A stretch of 62,044 bases of DNA, counting the filler. It is 3 parts of 3 records of this genome, joined end to end, with 100 filler letters (N's around TTAATTAATTAA, not from the genome) between each part and the next. Parts side by side here need not be neighbours in the genome. Positions count along the whole stretch, not along the records: positions 57,040 to 62,044 come from SRR20825006_1333; 2 more parts are not named here. One strand, 5' to 3'. A program made the position numbers and the translations under genes. The notes beneath the pieces were generated by a model. It ran no database searches. It saw only the letters and a list, made by a program, of their open reading frames with translations, and had not been told where the DNA came from. Shown one piece after another: positions 60,178 to 62,044 of the stretch (the stretch's first letter is position 1; each line of letters begins with the position of its first letter).

Positions 60178-61490
60178 TTCGAAGACCTCCGGTAGAGATT
60201 GTCCAGATAGACCGCAAGCACCAGAACGCCGCCCACGACGACCTGTTGCACCGCCGCGTCAAAGCCGATCAGCACCATGCCGGTTTGCAGCGACTGCATG
60301 ACAAATGCGCCCAGAACCGCGCCATAGATGGTGCCGACCCCACCGCTGAGCGAGGTGCCCCCGATCACGGCGGCGGCGATCACGTAAAGTTCGTCCAGCG
60401 TGCCCAGCGCATTGGTGGCCGACCCAAGCCGCGCCGAGGCCACCACGGCGGACAGGCCGGTGAGAAACCCCATGAGGGCAAAAATCTTGACCGTCATCCA
60501 GCGGGTGTTGATGCCCGCCAGCGCCGCCGCCTCGGGGTTGCCGCCGATGGCATAGACGTAGCGGCCAAAGCGGGTGCGGTTCATCACCACGGTCATCACC
60601 ACGATCACCGCCAACAGGATCAACACCGGAATGGCAAAGCCGTGGCTGATGAACAGACCACCTTCGGGGATTTCGATGTCATTCGCCGCCGCATAGCGCC
60701 GCACGATGCCCGTGGGCCACGGATAAGCATTGACCAGCAACACCGCGCCGACCACGGCACCCACGCTGATAATACCGATGAACCATTCCGCCCAGATCGG
60801 GCGCAGCCGGAAATCAAACCGTTTGCGCCGCGCGCGGCCCATGATGATCATGGCAACCACCGCGATGGCGGCGATGATCCCCACGATCCAGCTGCCGGTG
60901 GCCCCAACCGCGCCATTCGGCCCGCCCCCCAACAGCTTGAAGGTGCTGTCCAGAGGCGAGATCGTTTCGCCCCGCGTGATCAGGAACGCAGCACCGCGCC
61001 AGACCAGCAGGCCGCCCAGCGTGACGATAAAGGCAGGGATCGACAGATAGGCAATCAGCCAGCCGTGGATCGCCCCTACCAGCGTGCCCGCAACCATCCC
61101 GACGATGCAGGCGATGATCCAGATGCTCCAATGTTCCAGCCCCACCAGTTTCGGCAGAAACCACACCTGGGTGATGCCCATGATGACGGCGCAAAACCCC
61201 AGAACAGAACCGACGCTCAGGTCGATGTGACGGGTGATGATCACCAGCACCATGCCGCAGGCCATGATCCCGATCGACGCGGTTTGCACGCTGAGGTTCC
61301 ACAGGTTGCGCGGTGTCAGGAACGCGCCAAATCCGTTGCTGAGTGCGCCATAGACGTGAAAGCCCACCCAGATCAGGGCCAGCGCACCCAGCATGCCCAG
61401 CAGCCGCGTGTCCAGTTCCGTGTCGCGCATGAATCGCTGGACCAGTCCCGGCTGGTTGCGTGTTGCGCTGTGTTCGCTCATGTCGGTCAT
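60174..61490 (-). CDS. xylH: Xylose/glucose ABC permease
   Basis: [45 protein letters not shown]. Confidence 0.8.
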   Translation of the reverse strand: MTDMSEHSATRNQPGLVQRFMRDTELDTRLLGMLGALALIWVGFHVYGALSNGFGAFLTPRNLWNLSVQTASIGIMACGMVLVIITRHIDLSVGSVLGFCAVIMGITQVWFLPKLVGLEHWSIWIIACIVGMVAGTLVGAIHGWLIAYLSIPAFIVTLGGLLVWRGAAFLITRGETISPLDSTFKLLGGGPNGAVGATGSWIVGIIAAIAVVAMIIMGRARRKRFDFRLRPIWAEWFIGIISVGAVVGAVLLVNAYPWPTGIVRRYAAANDIEIPEGGLFISHGFAIPVLILLAVIVVMTVVMNRTRFGRYVYAIGGNPEAAALAGINTRWMTVKIFALMGFLTGLSAVVASARLGSATNALGTLDELYVIAAAVIGGTSLSGGVGTIYGAVLGAFVMQSLQTGMVLIGFDAAVQQVVVGGVLVLAVYLDNLYRRSSK

Positions 61491-61611
61491 GTCCGCACCC
61501 GTCAGATAAGCCGATCCCGTTTGCGCAGGTTACGCAGCAGATCAGGCTGAAAGTTTTATGAAATCAGATGATAGGGCACCGACGTCGCATGTGCGCCGGT
61601 GCCCTTCCGGC

Positions 61612-62044
61612 TTAGTTGCAGCCTTTGACGCCGTCCATCGCACCCGCACAGACTTTGTCTTTTTCGATGTGACCTGCGTCGATCACGTCCGAGATGTTGT
61701 CCTTGGTGATCGGTGTCGGTGCCAGGAAGATCGCGGTCATTTCCACGCCCTTCTCGCCACCGGACCACATTTCGGCACCGTCAACATCGGCCATCGCCGT
61801 ACCGTCGGCCAGGGCCAGCGCAATCTCGGCCGCTTTCTTGCCCAGCTGACGCGAGTCCTTCCAGACCGACACGGTTTGGGTGCCACGTGCCACGCGGTTC
61901 AGCGCGGCGTGGTCGCCGTCCTGTCCGCCCACCGGCACGTTCAGGCCCTGTGCCTGCAATGCCGCAATCGCGCCACCGGCCATGCCGTCGTTCTCGGCCA
62001 GAACCGCATCGACGTTGTTGTCGTTGGCGGTCAGGATCTGCTCC
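61612..62044 (-). CDS. xylF: Xylose/glucose ABC substrate-binding protein, 5' part outside the window
   Basis: AENDGMAGGA, GQDGDHAALNRVA.GTQTVSVWKD. Confidence 0.82.
   Translation of the reverse strand, partial: EQILTANDNNVDAVLAENDGMAGGAIAALQAQGLNVPVGGQDGDHAALNRVARGTQTVSVWKDSRQLGKKAAEIALALADGTAMADVDGAEMWSGGEKGVEMTAIFLAPTPITKDNISDVIDAGHIEKDKVCAGAMDGVKGCN

Noticed and set aside
57040-62044. hpaH next to glk and the xyl ABC genes as a single pathway
   Set aside because: Convergent, ordinary and unrelated operons (aromatic catabolism versus sugar uptake)

Overview
The window is three unrelated contigs joined by artificial N-spacers carrying TTAATTAATTAA (28851-28950, 56940-57039); taxonomic labels below are my inference from gene content and style. 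Contig 1 (1-28850, Rhizobiales, probably Devosia-like) opens with the end of a tRNA-Ser-bounded island: IS30, a FecB/FecCD-type ABC importer behind a RirA-like box, and three uncharacterised enzymes. It continues with housekeeping and accessory genes, ugpBAE, a SARP/TPR regulator facing a CysK-like plus decarboxylase pair, and sitABC. It also holds a regulatory module in which an XRE-LuxR hybrid and an MmyB-like regulator share a recognition helix and three TACC-N5-GGTA palindromes. Contig 2 (28951-56939, Alcanivorax-like) carries ffs-dnaX-ybaB-recR, with an E. coli-type -1 frameshift signal in dnaX. An ~11.4 kb block bounded by ~60 bp direct repeats holds an apparently uncharacterised biosynthetic cluster: AraC, GNAT-like, GH3 ligase, tandem GNAT, stand-alone HxxxDG acyltransferase and an RND exporter. 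After it come gpmA, the rnd operon, a TPAT-like TRAP system with a decayed permease paralogue, and an ABC1 kinase. Contig 3 (57040-62044, Rhodobacteraceae-like) has an FAH-family gene, hpaH, glk and a xylose/glucose ABC operon. The best novel-system candidates are the GH3/GNAT/acyltransferase/RND cluster and the shared-operator XRE-LuxR/MmyB module. No database searches were run; all family calls come from motif recognition.
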